64,000 nt of DNA, from positions 124,001 through 188,000 of the forward strand of contig JAHLTZ010000027.1 in assembly GCA_025786725.1 (NCBI GenBank). The letters run 5' to 3'. The notes below the pieces were generated by a model, which worked only from the letters and a program-made list of their open reading frames with translations, had not been told where the DNA came from and made no database searches. The DNA is from Syncephalis fuscata S228. Taxonomy: Eukaryota; Fungi; Zoopagomycota. The position numbers were made by a program, and so were the translations under genes. Shown here in pieces: positions 25,794-40,414 of this stretch. Position 1 is the first letter of the stretch, and each line of letters opens with the position of its first letter.

Positions 25794-28443
25794 AGTTGAT
25801 AGATGTCAAGATTGGAAATACTAATCAAAGTAAGTAAGCAAGTAAGTAAAAGAGAATAGACTAAGTTAAGTAGTACTTACACAGTAACCGTGGTGGTAAT
25901 GACAGTAGTGACAATAGTAGAAAAAGAGAACAAGAAGTTGGTTGGTTATAAAAGTAGTGAGTGGTAACCGGCAAGTTTTTTAAATACATCCGATGCAGGC
26001 TGGCTTCTAATCACGCAACACGTCATTCCGATGACATCTGATGCTGATTTTTTTGGCTAAATTCTACTTTGGGGGCATAAAGCAAGATTCATTCCAATCA
26101 AATTGTATTGTTATACAAACCACAATTATATTGCTTCCTATTAAAATGTTGCTGTTAATAAATTGATTTATTTAAAGGATGTAAAATACTGTTTGATTTC
26201 TTTAGAGCATTTGAGGCTGATCATTGTTGTTGCTAGCCATGTGTATAAAAATTACTCGAATATTAATAGAAGCCATACAGTTGCGATTATATGTCATTCC
26301 GCATTTGTTGTTATTGTTGCATTAATATATACATGCTATGTACCATTTCATTTTTAGCTTTTAAAATTTAATACTTGTTAATTGAGTTGAGATTTATTAA
26401 TAATAGAGCTAGAACAAAAATAAAATTAATATTAGATAGAGGAAGGCTAGGTGAGTATAGAATGGTATATATAATGCTAAATGTACGGTAAGAAAGTACA
26501 TAAGATGATGTTAAAGCTATAGTGCATATAACATAGTGAGGGTAATGAGTGAAGTGTGTTGGTGTATATAAACAATAAAATGTGTTTAATATGAATAGAA
26601 TGGAAATAATATAGGCGAATAGAGGGTATATGTGTACTGAATATATGCATACTGGATAATAAATCTATGATGATGAGTATTTGATAATTGATGTCATTCG
26701 CCGCCCATCATCATGTTCAATAGAAAGAATGCTATCAAATAGAGTCATTTGATCACCAAATCATATTAGATTATTGATAAATTGTTTAATAATTGCAAAA
26801 AAAAATATTTCTTTATTTAATTAATAAATGATATAATATATTTAATATGCTGATAAAAGCTATGAATGAATGTCGCCGTACATATAAAGACTATGAATAA
26901 ACTGAAGTGCTGACGAGGGAAATGTTTAAATAGTAGAATAAAATATAAAAAGTGATTAGCAAAAAGATAGTATATAGTTATTACAGTCATCGTATTAGCA
27001 GCTGTAAATATACAACAGTAGTAATGGCTTTACTGCTAATATGATTGCTGAACAATTCGTAGTGTCAGTACATAGATGCAGCTTATTAATGTGAGACTAA
27101 ACAAACATATATTAGCACGACATGTAATTTTGATTCATAGCAAATCAAGCCAATTAGTATTTTTGCAATATATATATGGAGCGTAGAAAAGCATTAATGA
27201 ATAAATATCGTAAAGTGTAAATGAAAAAAAAGAAAGTATGATGACATAGATTGTAAATTGTGCAATTAACAGAGTATATTTATAAAGACGTGGAACATAA
27301 ATATTAATGCAAAACAACAAACAGAATACGAATACTAAAAACAATTAATTCAAAGTGATATATAATATAGACATATTGATAGTAAAGTAGCGAGTGCAGT
27401 AAAGATAAATGTCAGTTGAAATTAAATGCCAATACTATAGGACAAACAAAGTGATTAGTATGATAGGAATGATAAATAACAAAATAGCAATCAATTGCGT
27501 AAATCAAAATATAGCTATAGAATATGCCAGCTATAAACCAATGAGTACGATAAAAAGAATAAATGACAAGCAATGAAGGTAGACATAGTTATAGAACAAT
27601 ATTATCAGTAAAGCAATGGTAACGTTAACAAAAAAGCACTCTAAATATATTGTTATTTAAAATTACTATTACACAGTGCTTCTAACATGTGTAAAATGTG
27701 ACATAATACACTCAGAAAGACAAAGCAATAAGTTACTAGTTATATAAATAAATGAAATGAAATTATTTTAACAGGCTTGAATTTATTACAATTGTGCACA
27801 CATACTATTTGTTTTTTTAAAGATAATTTACAATTTGTTTACATCCAAATTTATTCATTATGTTACAATGCAGTTAAAGTGAATTTTGAGCCCATATTCT
27901 TATTCTTAAAAGACAACTCTATTTATTTAATTCTTGTTAATCAATAGTTATTAGCTATTAATTGATATGATTAGCAAATCATGGGGTGTGAAAGTGGTCG
28001 ATCTTGCCTCCCATCCATTGATCTATTAATAATTATCACTATAATAATGGCAATAGCAATAATCATACCAAGAATTGCTTATCTTTTCTTCTAACGCCTA
28101 GCCTATCAACCTGTTTCACTAAAAAGCGCTTCAACTACTGTGTTAATAGTCTATGTACTATTCATTAGTTTCACGCTCACACCTGTTTTGCAGTATTGCC
28201 CTGCACTTCTTTTTCCCTTAATCTTTATTTTCTTTATATTGCAGTGCACCTGCCAGTACTCATCTTAAGACTTGTCTTTCCATTGCTTTATAGCACTTTC
28301 TTTTTTCATTAAAGCGATCTGCAGGATTGGTCGCCACGTGAGCTAGCCGTCGAGTGACTTGCCAATTTGATTGTCATTGCTTCTTCTTCTTCTTCCTCTA
28401 CTACCACTACTACCGCTACGCCTATTGCTTTGAATAGATTACT

Positions 28444-30493
28444 ATGTCATTGCGTCCTTCGTCTTCAATGGGTGGTGGGGGTGGGGGTGGACTTCGGCCG
28501 TTGCCAGCAATCCGAACTCGAGATATGGAGCGCTCTTTGCGTAAAGCAACACGTAGTCAACCACAGCCGATAAAACAGAAGCATCTTGATGGTAAGCAGA
28601 GGTTTTAATAGTAATTTAATAGTTTATTAATACGCATATCTGTCTTTAGTATTGGTAGCAGCCAGTTGGTCTCATGAAATTGCAATGTCAGATTGTTTTT
28701 CATTGCTTAATCAACGAATCCGTGAAGGTAACTCAATGGTATGTATTAATAGAGCAACATTAGTTTCTATACAATTATTTTATTTACTGATTTTGATTGG
28801 TATAGACGATCTTTAAATCACTCGTTGTGATCCATGTATTGATGCGCGACGGCAGTTCTGATCGTGTTATGGGCTACTTGGTAACAATGCCCACCTTGCT
28901 GAGCCTTGAGTATATGCGGGATCGCTCAAGTAAGTGTATGCATGCATAAGCATACCTTATCGTGCGCCAATCCTATCGACTGAATATGCTTAATCATTAA
29001 CTATTATTATGGTTTTTATTAATATAGATGGTATAACGGAACATATTCGCACGTATGCTGCTTATTTAGAAGATAAGGTGACGGTATATCGAGATCTGAA
29101 GATTGATTTTGTACGCGCATATGCTGGCACTTTTGCACGTGCCTCAGATCCTCGAGCTCGCTCTCGTATTGGCAATGCGGGAAATAGTCAGCCGCCCAGT
29201 ATTGGTCGGCTACGCCGATTGCCGATTGAAAAAGGATTACTAAAGGAGGTGGCGACAGTGCAGCGTTTAATAGGTGGATTACTAAAATGCCGTGTAAGTA
29301 TTGGCGAATTAATATATAATAATAATAATAATAACGAGTAATTAATCAATGGTTATTTAGTTCCACATGGACGAACTTGATAATTCAGTAGCATTAGATG
29401 CGTTTCGTTTACTTATTCGTGATTTACTGCGACTATTTCAAGCAGTCAATGAAGGTGTTATCAATATTCTGGAGCATTATTTTGAAATGGAATACGAACA
29501 AGCATCGCAGGCACTTTCGGTATATAAAGACTTTGCGCGACAAACTGAAAGTGTTGTAGACTATTTAGAGATGGCGCGCAAAATGGCATATGCAGTGCAG
29601 ATCAATATTCCTAAAATGAAGCATGTAAGTAGTAATATAATAGAAGGAAAAAAGTAATTTATGTGGCTGTTTTTACTATCATATAGCCGCCCATCTCTTT
29701 GGTAGATGCATTGGAAGACTATTTGAAAAGTATCTCATCCTCGATTGGTACACAGTCACAAACAACAAAGCCAGCGTTGATTCATGCACAAACACTTTCA
29801 TCGCAGATGCCAGGTAATTACACATAAATTATAGAGTTTATACACAAATATATGCTAATCTTACTTTAATTAGTGAGCACTGCACCACCTACAAGAGCCA
29901 CTACAATTTCTGTGTCTAAACCTGCATTGGCACTACAGCCATGGTCTGGAGCGACTAATAATCATCCAGCTCATGAATTGTATGCGCCTCGTGCTCCGCC
30001 GCCAAACGCACCACCAGAGATTATGGACTTTTTTGCAAGTATTGAAGAAGAGCAACGATTTTTGGACCAACACCCGGCTCTTGTCGAGTCGGCCGTCGCT
30101 AATACCGGTAATAATCCATTCCATGGCCAGACACCGATTGCCTATCAGCCGTATAATCCTTTCCGACAATCGCTTATGCTTACCCATGGTCAATCGGCCG
30201 TGGATCTTCCATCGCTTAATCCGTTTGGACAGCGGCCACCGTCAACGATACCGACGTTTACCGGCCAGTTAAATGGGCTTGATTTGGCAGTCGTACAATC
30301 AAACAATACAGCATCAAATGGTGGTCACTTAGCAGTGCCATCAGCCAATTTTAATCCATTTGGACAACCAGCGCCCGATAACAATAATCACTATACTTCG
30401 AGCAACTATGCATCGTCGTCAATCTATACTGCAGCTTCGTCAACATCGACGTCGCTGGAGAATTCGTCATGGGCATTGGCACCCTATATGTAA
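28444..30493 (+). CDS. ANTH-domain clathrin assembly protein (AP180/Yap180 family)
   Basis: RKATRSQPQPIKQKHL, FKSLVVIHVLMRDG, IRTYAAYLEDKV, LIRDLLRLFQAVNEGVINILEHYFEM. C-terminal low-complexity region has DFF and four NPF motifs. Confidence 0.92.
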
Positions 30494-31081
30494 CAATGCA
30501 ACGGATATGTAAGCGAGAAAATAAGCAAAACAACGTAAAAAATAGTTTATATTACTTTATTTCGTAATAAGGTTATTATAGGTGTAATTGTGGCTGAGTC
30601 AACCGTCGGTATAGGAGACCATTTTAAAACAAATAAATAAAAATAGAATTAACATTTATTATTATTTTAAAATGAGCAATGTCTTTATTATTAAATGATG
30701 TTTTGTTTACCAATGATACTAGAAATGTAGTGGCAAATTAAAGCTTAAAATATCTGTTTTTGCATATTGCCGTGTTTTTGTTAATACCAAATAAAATATT
30801 TTATTTATATGCTCAATCAAATAACAATTGTGTGTGTAAACATCGTAGTAATACACGTCAATAGTATAGTTGAAGGCATTCATTTGCAGATAGTCCTTTA
30901 TCAAAATAAAAAAATAATATTTTAGCCATGATGCAATAATTATAACAACATATGAAACAATATAATGAGTAATGGTAGTGAACTTGTTTAATGCGAAACT
31001 AAGCCGGTATGTTTTGGTTAAATATTTGCTGAAGTAACAAGTATTTAGTTATTATAAGTGAACAATTGGTTTCGCTCTATT

Positions 31082-33061
31082 TTATCGTGTGTTTATCTGG
31101 CTAGCTTGACTATAGCCATTATTGTTTAAGCCATGAGTATTGGACGACCTACAGATGGTAAATTGTCGTGTTTCGACACCATTTTGCATAGATTGCATCG
31201 AGTTGTCGGACGGTGCAGGAGTGGCAATCATCTCATCGGAACGAACTTCGTCAGCAGGGAATATACGCTTAACAAACTTGAAAGTATCAGGATCTTCTTC
31301 TGAAGTGGAACTACCACGGCTGGGAATACCGACAACGAGCAGCAATGTATATGATCTTAGAACAAAAGCAGTACACCTCGTAAGCGACCAGGCGGCGACG
31401 ACATTGGGGCCAGCCACCTCTGAGTCCAATGCAGCAAGAACGTTGCAAACAGACTGTATTAAGAATCCTAATGCACAAGTTATAGAGATGCGGAATAGCT
31501 ATTATTAGATTGCTTAATTAGTACGAGATTAGCAATCATTAAACAATATCGACTTACCTTACGCAGTGCTCGAAGCGTGCCTTTATTGCCGATCCACTTT
31601 AATGTATGACGTTTAAAAGTAATTGCTAATTAATGTATAGTAGACATAGTTGATCAATTAAAATGCGATGCATAGTATGATAGACTTACCATTATAAATG
31701 AATATGATAACAGCTATGAACTGAATGAGAGGCATGGCATAACTAAGGGTAATATCCATATTTGCATTTGTATCACCGATTGGCATGAACGTGACACTCA
31801 GTTTCATAATGCTCAATAAAAGTTGAATGCCAAAACAGATAGAAATACCAAATCTAAATGGAAAACGCCGATTTTTCTCTACGGCCCGGATAATAGGATA
31901 CCTAGTATATAGTAATAGCAGGGAAATGCCATTAGATTCAGCTTATTATGGCACGTATTCAACTCACCAAGCTAACAGCAATAGGTAGAAGGTAATGCAG
32001 TATAGTATAGAGCTTATATGAAAAAGCACATAGGCTTTCATTGCAACAATCCGCATGTGAATTGCTATAGTTGTTACTAATAGGCAATGATTTAGAATGC
32101 TATAGTTTAGCAATAGTGTTCGTAATAGTGCACTTACAAATAGATGAAACTAAACTGAATAGAAAAATAATGTTACGTTGTTCCCAGATAAAATCACCAT
32201 TAAAGATCAACATTAACAGGCGATAAAAGCCGTAGAATAATAATGCTACGTTAAGAATAGTAAATAATATGATTGCTGCACGGTAGTCGTAGGATAGAAA
32301 ATACTCATTCCATGGGCCAGGTTCTATTTAAATAGTATTGATTAACAAATGTTAGTAAACTGTTTTGCAAAAAATATTTCAAGTATATGCCAACCTTGGA
32401 TTAAAGTCGCCTTGAAAAAGTCTGGGTTCTTATCAAACGCATTTGCAAAATCTTCGTAGTATCGCTTTTCCAATAGAGCAGTTGGAATGGGCGGCTGACT
32501 GTCGGGTATAGAGGATTTATGTGACGTATAAATTAAAGTAAATGGACCGCCTTCTATACCCCGATAGTTATCGCGAATCAAGTAAAGAAACGCTTTAATT
32601 GGCGGGTAGCCATACTGCTGACGGAGCACCCGACTATAGGCAAGCACTTCGAGGGCAATCTAGAATATAGAAAAAGTAAAAGTGTTACTAACTGGTGACA
32701 GGTTTTATTAGCAAGCACTACTTACCTGAGTGACCGTTTCGCATTTGCTCTCTCTTCCATCAATTTCGTCGAGTGCCACGATCATTTGATTAAACGTTAA
32801 AGAGCCGTCGGCAGCAATGGGATTACGAAATACTTTTGTTTTATTGGTTGGTATTAATTTGCACGGCTCCTCGGTCGAAAATGTTGGATTGACCACAATG
32901 CCGGTCACTTCATAATGACCATAATCATTTTCGAATGAGTCAAAAGTTGGATATGTGACAGTCTTATTGTTCATTGTAAATGTTACCGAAGCGTTGGACC
33001 ATTGTGCAACGTTTAAAATAATAAACATGCCAATAATGCGTTTGATAGATAGAGAAAACAT
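31082..33061 (-). CDS. PA-like ectodomain 7TM receptor-like protein, cluster copy A (7 exons)
   Basis: Signal peptide, then YPTFDSF, SKCETVTQ, GYPPIKAFLYL, GGPFT..Y, IPTALL and EPGPWNEYFLS. Seven hydrophobic segments end with VLRSYTLLLVVGIP, followed by an S/T/acidic tail. Confidence 0.82.
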
Positions 33062-33808
33062 TATTGAGGCTATCGGCAATACGATTGCAAATGTCAATGC
33101 AGATTAATAAGTACTATAAACGAGCGAAATAAAGAAATGCGAAAGCTAACAGCCTACAAAAATGAATAAATAAACAAATGAACGGATAGACTGTTTGCTT
33201 ATTGCTCATGCAAATAAGTTGCTGTGGTGGCGGTAGTGGAAGTAGTATTAGTGGAAGCAGCAACAGGAGGAGTAGCTTGACAATGCTATGCACAAGAACC
33301 AGCGAGTGCAAATGAGATAGACGGAAAGAATATAGGTAGAAAGTAGTTAAAAACAGGAGCGTATTATAGAAACGATGTATAGTGTTGCCACATGTTATAT
33401 ATTCAATACATTATTGCAATGGAGTGCTAAAACACAAACAGGTTTTGTTACAAGAATGTCAAGTTTATTCGATGTTGTTTGAGCTGTGCATGATTTAGGC
33501 CATAGTCGGGTGATTTGTTCCTTGACAATCGAGAATAAATAAAACATGTGACCATACACATCCCTAACATGCTGTTTTTTACAACTCGTATAAATGTTTA
33601 TTATAGCCAAATCTGGCATGATAATGACAGAAATAGTAATAAGGGGAAGTTATGAATCAGGAATAAGTATAGCTGCTAGTCTTTCGGGCATCGTTTGTAC
33701 ATCATCCAAATTGTGTTAAAATATCAAATTTGCCATTAAATTATGGTGATAGTAATTATATAAACAGCAAATCTGTGCCTTCTCTATTAATCATTCAATA
33801 TAAACTAT

Positions 33809-35831
33809 TTATCTACTGAATTTGCGATTGTGCGGCCCAGGTACGATTATTTCGTTATCGGACTGATCGCTGTATAGAGTGGCATCGCTACTCGAACCAT
33901 TCTCGTCCGTCTCGATTATCTTGGACATAGATTTTGGTATGTGCGCTTCTTTCATGGACGGCAAATCGGACTTGGCTATGTTAAGATTGTTTGTGACCTC
34001 GTATGGATCATACGACAATTCGGATGATGCATCAGTTCGGCTAAGTCCAAAGCGGCGGGCCAGTCGTCGAATAGGCGTGAAACGGGACGAGAAGTTGCTA
34101 GTGAGCGGCAGGCTATCATCTGGGTTTGCGGCACGCTTTGATGGCATACGTACGCCAAAGATGAATAGCAAAGCGACAGAACGTAGTGTATAGCCAACAA
34201 AAGCAAGTACTTGCATGGTAATTACGTTGCTTGGTGTCGTGCTTCTATAGGACCCGAGGACAATGAAATTGGCAGCCGACAGCATCAAAACGCCTGCAAA
34301 TCCTACAGCGCCAATATAGCTCAGTTTGATAAGAGCACTGTAGGTTTTGCCATTGATGCGGTGCTTCCGACCTGTAATGCAAAACACTACGGTAAAGTAT
34401 ACGAAGATAAGTGCGTTGATCAATTGCAGAGCAGGTCCACCGTATAATGCAATTGGAAGTATTTTCATACGGGTTTCCGTATCAATAAACAGTAATGCAT
34501 CGACAACTTGGATGATATAGCATCCGACGAGTAATCCGCCGGATAGGCAAATGATGATACGCTGTGGGCGTACACAGCGTCCTGGGTGAATGGCAGCAAA
34601 AAGCCAATTCCTAAATATAGATTTACATTGTTAGCAAAAGTGTGTAATTGTAAGCATAGCAAGTATTACCATGTGTAAAGTAGCAGGTAAAATGCTATTG
34701 TAAACATAATTGTGCTAAATTGCCCAAGCAATATTGTAGTTTGTCGGCGCATTTGCATCGGCATTGAGACGATAAGCACTAGTGATGATTAGAATAAATA
34801 ATGCAATAATTAGTGAAAAGGTAATTATTTAAGCGAATCAGGTACTTACAAAGGGCAGAAATGGCACTGATTAAAAAGATCAGATTTCGGCGTTCAAATT
34901 TGAGTTGTTTAGCGACAATCAACTTGCCCACAGCAACTAGGCCGTAAAAGACAAAGCCGGCATTCTTTATGGTAGTTATAATAGACATAGTCAGCACAAA
35001 AGACCATAGTAATATGTTCACTGTACTTACCAAACCAACCAACACGTAGACAAATGCATAATACGTAGGAGAGGTAAATAAGGTGTTCCATGTTCCTGGC
35101 TCTATTAAAGCGTGGTAAGTATCAAAAAATGACAAATTTACAAATTAAAACTTACCGTATTTTATATCAGCAATAACTTTGTAACCATTGCCTTTGGCCT
35201 GTTGTTTTATAAAATCAACCGAGTTTTCAGGCATCAAAAGCGCTACTGGCATAGCTGGTGTCCCATCAGGAGTACCAATGGTTTTTGCTTGGTATGCTTC
35301 GCTATTTGGGCCACCACGAAGATTAACAGCTGGACGACCTTGCCATTCCTCTAACAAATAAAGAATCATTGCAATGCGTGGATAGCCAAGTTTCTCCAGT
35401 GTGCTGCTGAATGAGACCATATTGCTGGCCACCTAAATACACAATACATTCTATTTAATACTATTATTGGTAATAGCTTACAACAGGCTTACCTGAGCTA
35501 TTGTCTGACAGCCAGCTTGATAGAAATCTAGCTCTCTGATTACGGCAATTGTAGATGTTGCATTATTGACGCCGATAATTATTGCCGGCTGGATATTGCC
35601 TATGTTTATAGTGCATGGATCACCGTATTTAGCGATGCTGACGGGAACTGCTATACCCGTCTCACGATATTGTAACTGGCCTCCGGAGGCCTGGAAATAA
35701 TCGAAGGTGGGATATGTCACCACTATAGGGCTGGCAGTTGGATTGTTTGGCTTGGGTGGAATCGTAAAAGTAACATGAGCAGTTGTATAATGGCTTATGG
35801 CCAGTACGGCCAATGCAAGAAAACGCAGCAT
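33809..35831 (-). CDS. PA-like ectodomain 7TM receptor-like protein, cluster copy B
   Basis: Signal peptide MLRFLALAVLAISHYTTA, then YPTFDYF, AGCQTIAQV, GYPRIAMILYL, GGPNSEAY, MPVALL, EPGTWNTLFTS, RRNLIFL, FYLLLYTW and TLRSVALLFIFGVRMP, with an S/D-rich tail. Confidence 0.82.
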
Positions 35832-36988
35832 ACCTGACAATACAAAGGTTCAAGAAACTAGAATACTGTAGAAGCGGACCGGCCGCAAACAAGACAAGCG
35901 TTAAGTAGTTTAGGGATCAAAGACAAAGAATGAGCTAACAGAGCAAGTGAAAGAAAATAAGGCGCCAGCCAGTGGCAAATAAAAAGAAGCAAAAACGGGC
36001 GAGTCCTGCTCGCGGCGAGTCGTGATAATTTAATCAAAAGGCTGCCTTCAACCAAGCCTAGCCGGTTAGCAATGCCAATGGTATTGTTTTAGATAGAGGA
36101 GGGGTAAAGAGAAAGCAGGGGGATGATACGTAATCGATAGCCATGCATATCACTAAGCGGGATTACAAGTCGCAGTTTTGTTTCATTCACAAATATGATG
36201 GATTGAAGGACTGAGGTTGAAACAAAAAATATAAAGCAGCGCCATAAATAGACATTCAAGCTCAATTTGTCGATGATTTATAATAACGCATTCCACGTAG
36301 AAAGTCGAATAGTGACCACCAATCCATTGAAACACAGCGTGCTACTGGATCAATTATAAGCCGACTTTTATTTACACCTATGATTGGAACTATTATTTGA
36401 AATAAAAAGCTGTTGGATCACGGTTGTTTGGTCACAGTCATAGCATTATCAAACGATTGTTTGTAAACCAATTGGTATATTACTATACACCGTATGAGTG
36501 CGAGTTGGCAATAGCACGTACAAGTATGTTTGATTTGTTTGTTTAAACAACAATATACCGGTAGCACAAGGCGGTAAAGTTTACCGTTTGCAGCACATAT
36601 ACTGGTTTGTTTTTGGTAATTACTATAGATTATTCTGCTGTACCACCCACAAAGTTGATCTACATGCAGCATGCTATAACTTAGTGCACTGTCATTTTTC
36701 GTCATAGTTCATTACTGCACTGGCGATTAGGCTTTTAGTCAAATAGTTAGCAGCACATAAGGGTAATGGGGCTATTGCTACGATGTACACGAGTTCTCCG
36801 TAAAAATAAGTACTAATAATTTGAAACACTAGCCAGTAAACGTCTTATCACTATTTTCAAACTACAGGCAATCTTTTTGTTTCAAAGTCTTTGCTCCTTC
36901 AGCATGCGTCGATTGTTTCACTTGTGACCAAATAAAACAATAACAAGGCCTATTATGTGCCTGAATTTTAAGGATGAATAATCATTAT

Positions 36989-38980
36989 TTATGGAGAATC
37001 AATACGACAATTGAATAATTGCTGCCATGTAGTAGTTTGTTTGGCCGCATTTTCGATTTCAACATCGAATCGTGGCTTCTCCACCACAGAATCCACATCT
37101 GATGCGGTGTCAGTTCCTTTTGACATGACCGATTTGCGCGACAAGGCCAGTTTATCCAACGAAATAGGATCACCAAGACCCATGAACGGCACGGCCCCGA
37201 GACAACGTAACATTCCACTAACGACCAAAAACGTAAAGGCGGCCATGTGTCCATGTGCGTCATAGTTGGCTTGGTGACTCAAAAATAGCGAGGCAAAGAC
37301 GGCCTGGGCAATCATGTATAGAAATCCGGGCAGTGCAAGGCGTGCAATCTACAGTTAGTTGACGTTAATATTCATCGGATTAAGTAGGTGGTTACTCTTG
37401 CCTTATTAAACCGTTTATACCGGATATTGGCCACCATGTCCGCCGTGCCTTGGAGTTCCTTATTGGCCATGCCTAATGATTAAATTTAGAAACATAAGTA
37501 TAGATGATTGTGGTGATTGTTACCTATTACAATAAGTATAATAGCTATTATGACGTAAAGACATAACAATGCAACGCGACCACCTGAGGCAATTCGCATG
37601 GCCTCTGCATGAGTATTATTGTTTGATGTACTCATATCCACTATTTGAGCAATAAAACAGAAAACTTCAATTGCAAGTGCTGCTTGACAAGTAAAGAAAA
37701 GACAGCTTATTGAGGTGTTCGTTTTTTTTGTCATTTCTCTTGCTGTTCGGTGCCTATTGTTAACTGTTGATTAGCGTAATGAAGCCTGACAAGGTATACA
37801 TACCATAGCATTAGTTGAAGATAGAAAGATATACCATAAATTAATCCATCCACGAGCCGTAGCAAATATGTTGTAGCGGTAACGGTGCGTAGTGGAAGCA
37901 TGATAGAAAAGCCTAAAATTAACATTAGTGGACTGATTAAATACATCTACACGGTAATATTACATATACATGCTACAATGGCCAAGATTTGTGAAAGCTG
38001 TAATGGCTGGACCGAGTAGTTTGCCGCGGAAGATTGCTTCATAAAACGGGCTGCACTTATTAGAGTTAAAACAGAACTCTACATAAGCAATATATATCAA
38101 AAACACGAATAAATCAATGTATATCTTGCACTTACAAAAACACAGGCTACATATCTAAATGTAACAAAGTCTTGATTGAGAAAAATAGTATTCCATTTAC
38201 CCATTTCTAATCATGACAGTATAAGTAAATAAATCATACACAGGGAATATCTGCTTTACCTTTGACAACGTCCACAACAATTGGAACTTGTGCTTGTTTT
38301 AATCTTGCATATATATTATCTGAAGCAAAAGTGGGTACCAATGCTGTTTGAAATTCAGGACTAGTGTCATCATCTATTAAATGTAGTGATGAATAGGGAT
38401 CGGAATATGGACCACTAAAGTCCCCGGTAATGCCTTCTTCCTTTGTGGTAAATATTAGAACAATTTTTGCCTCTGGATAGTTGGTTATTTCAAGTCCGTT
38501 GGCATAGGCAGCCGCAGCATTGGCCACCTTAATAATATTTGTAATTAGCTATGTCATTAAATAATATTTAAATGTTACACGCATCGTGCCAATTACCTGA
38601 GCGTAGGTGGTACACTGTGCTGCTGCAGCCGCGTCCCAGCTAATGCCAATAATACTTGTATGGTACTGGTCTTTGACATCATTTTCTATGATGTGACTGT
38701 CGCCTGTACGATTAAACGCGAGTGTGCAGCTTCTACTATTAGCAGATGCTCGGAATTGCGGAAGCAAGAGTAACCCAGTATAATTGTAGTCGGGTGTAGT
38801 TATTTCGAAATAATCTTGAGTAGGTAAAGCAGGAATGTTAAGTAGGCTTTTGTCGGCCACGATATTACTATCGTGCACTAAATTCATTCGAGCAAAGACA
38901 CCAACGGCTAATGCACCAATAATTAATCCAGTACGAGCAAAAGCACCGCCTGCAGCGCTTAGTAACAAGAAAGATCGCAT
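36989..38980 (-). CDS. PA-like ectodomain 7TM receptor-like protein, cluster copy C
   Basis: Hydrophobic N-terminus, then LPTQDYF, AQCTTYAQV, NYPEAKIVLIF, SGPYSDPY, FQTALV, EMGKWNTIFLN, FYLQLMLW and MLRCLGAVPFMGLGDP. Confidence 0.8.
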
Positions 38981-40414
38981 TGTTTGGTTTGGGAGGTAAT
39001 TAAAAGGTAGAGCTGCTGCTTAGAAAGTTTAGAAACGTTTTGATTATTGTAATATAATGTATTGGTGTGCTAAGTCAGTTAGACAATAAGGATTAATGTA
39101 GAGTGCAGGATCTATATAATAAAATACTTGCAGGCTGTTGGTAGATAATGAAAGAGATAAAAATTGCGAATAGAAGTAAAAGCAAACATTAGCCTGCCAA
39201 TGTCTCTGGACGAATTTATGAATTACTTTGAATGGCAGTAGACAAGGAAGCGATCAAGTATAGCAATCCATTAACCAAGTTAAGTAATTAATCCGACGGA
39301 CTTTTGGCTATTTCTCATTCAATTGGCAAATATCGGAATTTCTAATATTGGAATACAAAAGGAACATTCTATATTGTATATGGATAGGTAAACGGGAGTA
39401 TATTCATTAGAGTAGTAATTTATTGTCAAATTATCAAATATGACATCATTGTAAAAGTGGCCGAATTACTAGCAAGTGGTTTAGTAATTGGTTACAATTA
39501 AGCTTGTGTACGCCCTATAAAGATACAAAGTTCGTCGTTGTAATTTATGTGGCCACAGTGTGCTGATCAGTAAAACTATAGCTATGTAAAAATAATTTTG
39601 TTTATTATTCTACTTAGCAGCCATTTTACGTAATAAAAGTACTCGTGAATTAATTTTATAAATTATCGGCTTTACGTATGCTATCAGCAAATAGAATCTT
39701 AACTAGTCGTTTTTGTGTCAATTACCATCGAGTCATGCGTGTGCATGGCATGCTGTGACGAATCCCGTTTGTGTGGAATTGCTGTATTATAACGAGTAAA
39801 CATCCTTGCAAATCCTGTTATAATCCATAATAGCCTGCCTTTGTTTAGCAATGCTTGCAGATTCAACTTTTGCACCGCGTGCATCATACAACCAGCATTT
39901 ATCCGCATATAGCACTGCTCGGTAAACCCGAAAACTTGAATGCACGCTTCTTGCCTTTACTTCTACTGTTGCACTTTCGTTCAAGTATTTACTATCTATT
40001 ACACGCAACAGTCCCTTAACACCCTCATTCGCCGCTTTCATATTTGTTGTGTCTGACTTGCTATTGTTTACAATATACACGTAAATACATATCTATTCTA
40101 CCTACAAAGTTCTAGAAGCACTTGTAGGATTAAATATCGCTGTTGCTTTTATTCTTAGATGTCTATATATTTATTTACTCAGTCACACAAGTAATTATAC
40201 CATTTGTAACGCAGTGCCCCTACCAATCATTCCAAGACTAAAAGGACTGCGCACTTTGTCAAATACGATTGCTGGTAAACGCGCTTTTGATACGTGAACA
40301 AGAGCAGAAAATATCTGAATTTTTACGGTTATCCGTGGTGAGCACGCCACATCAGGCCGAATGTCAGCATTGTGTTGGATGCTGGCAGCAGGGTGCTCAG
40401 CTTTTAGTCGTTTA

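Noticed and set aside
26990-27650. Hydrophobic stop-riddled minus-strand reading, a possible 7TM remnant
   Set aside because: Could not match any of the PA-7TM motifs; compositional bias explains it
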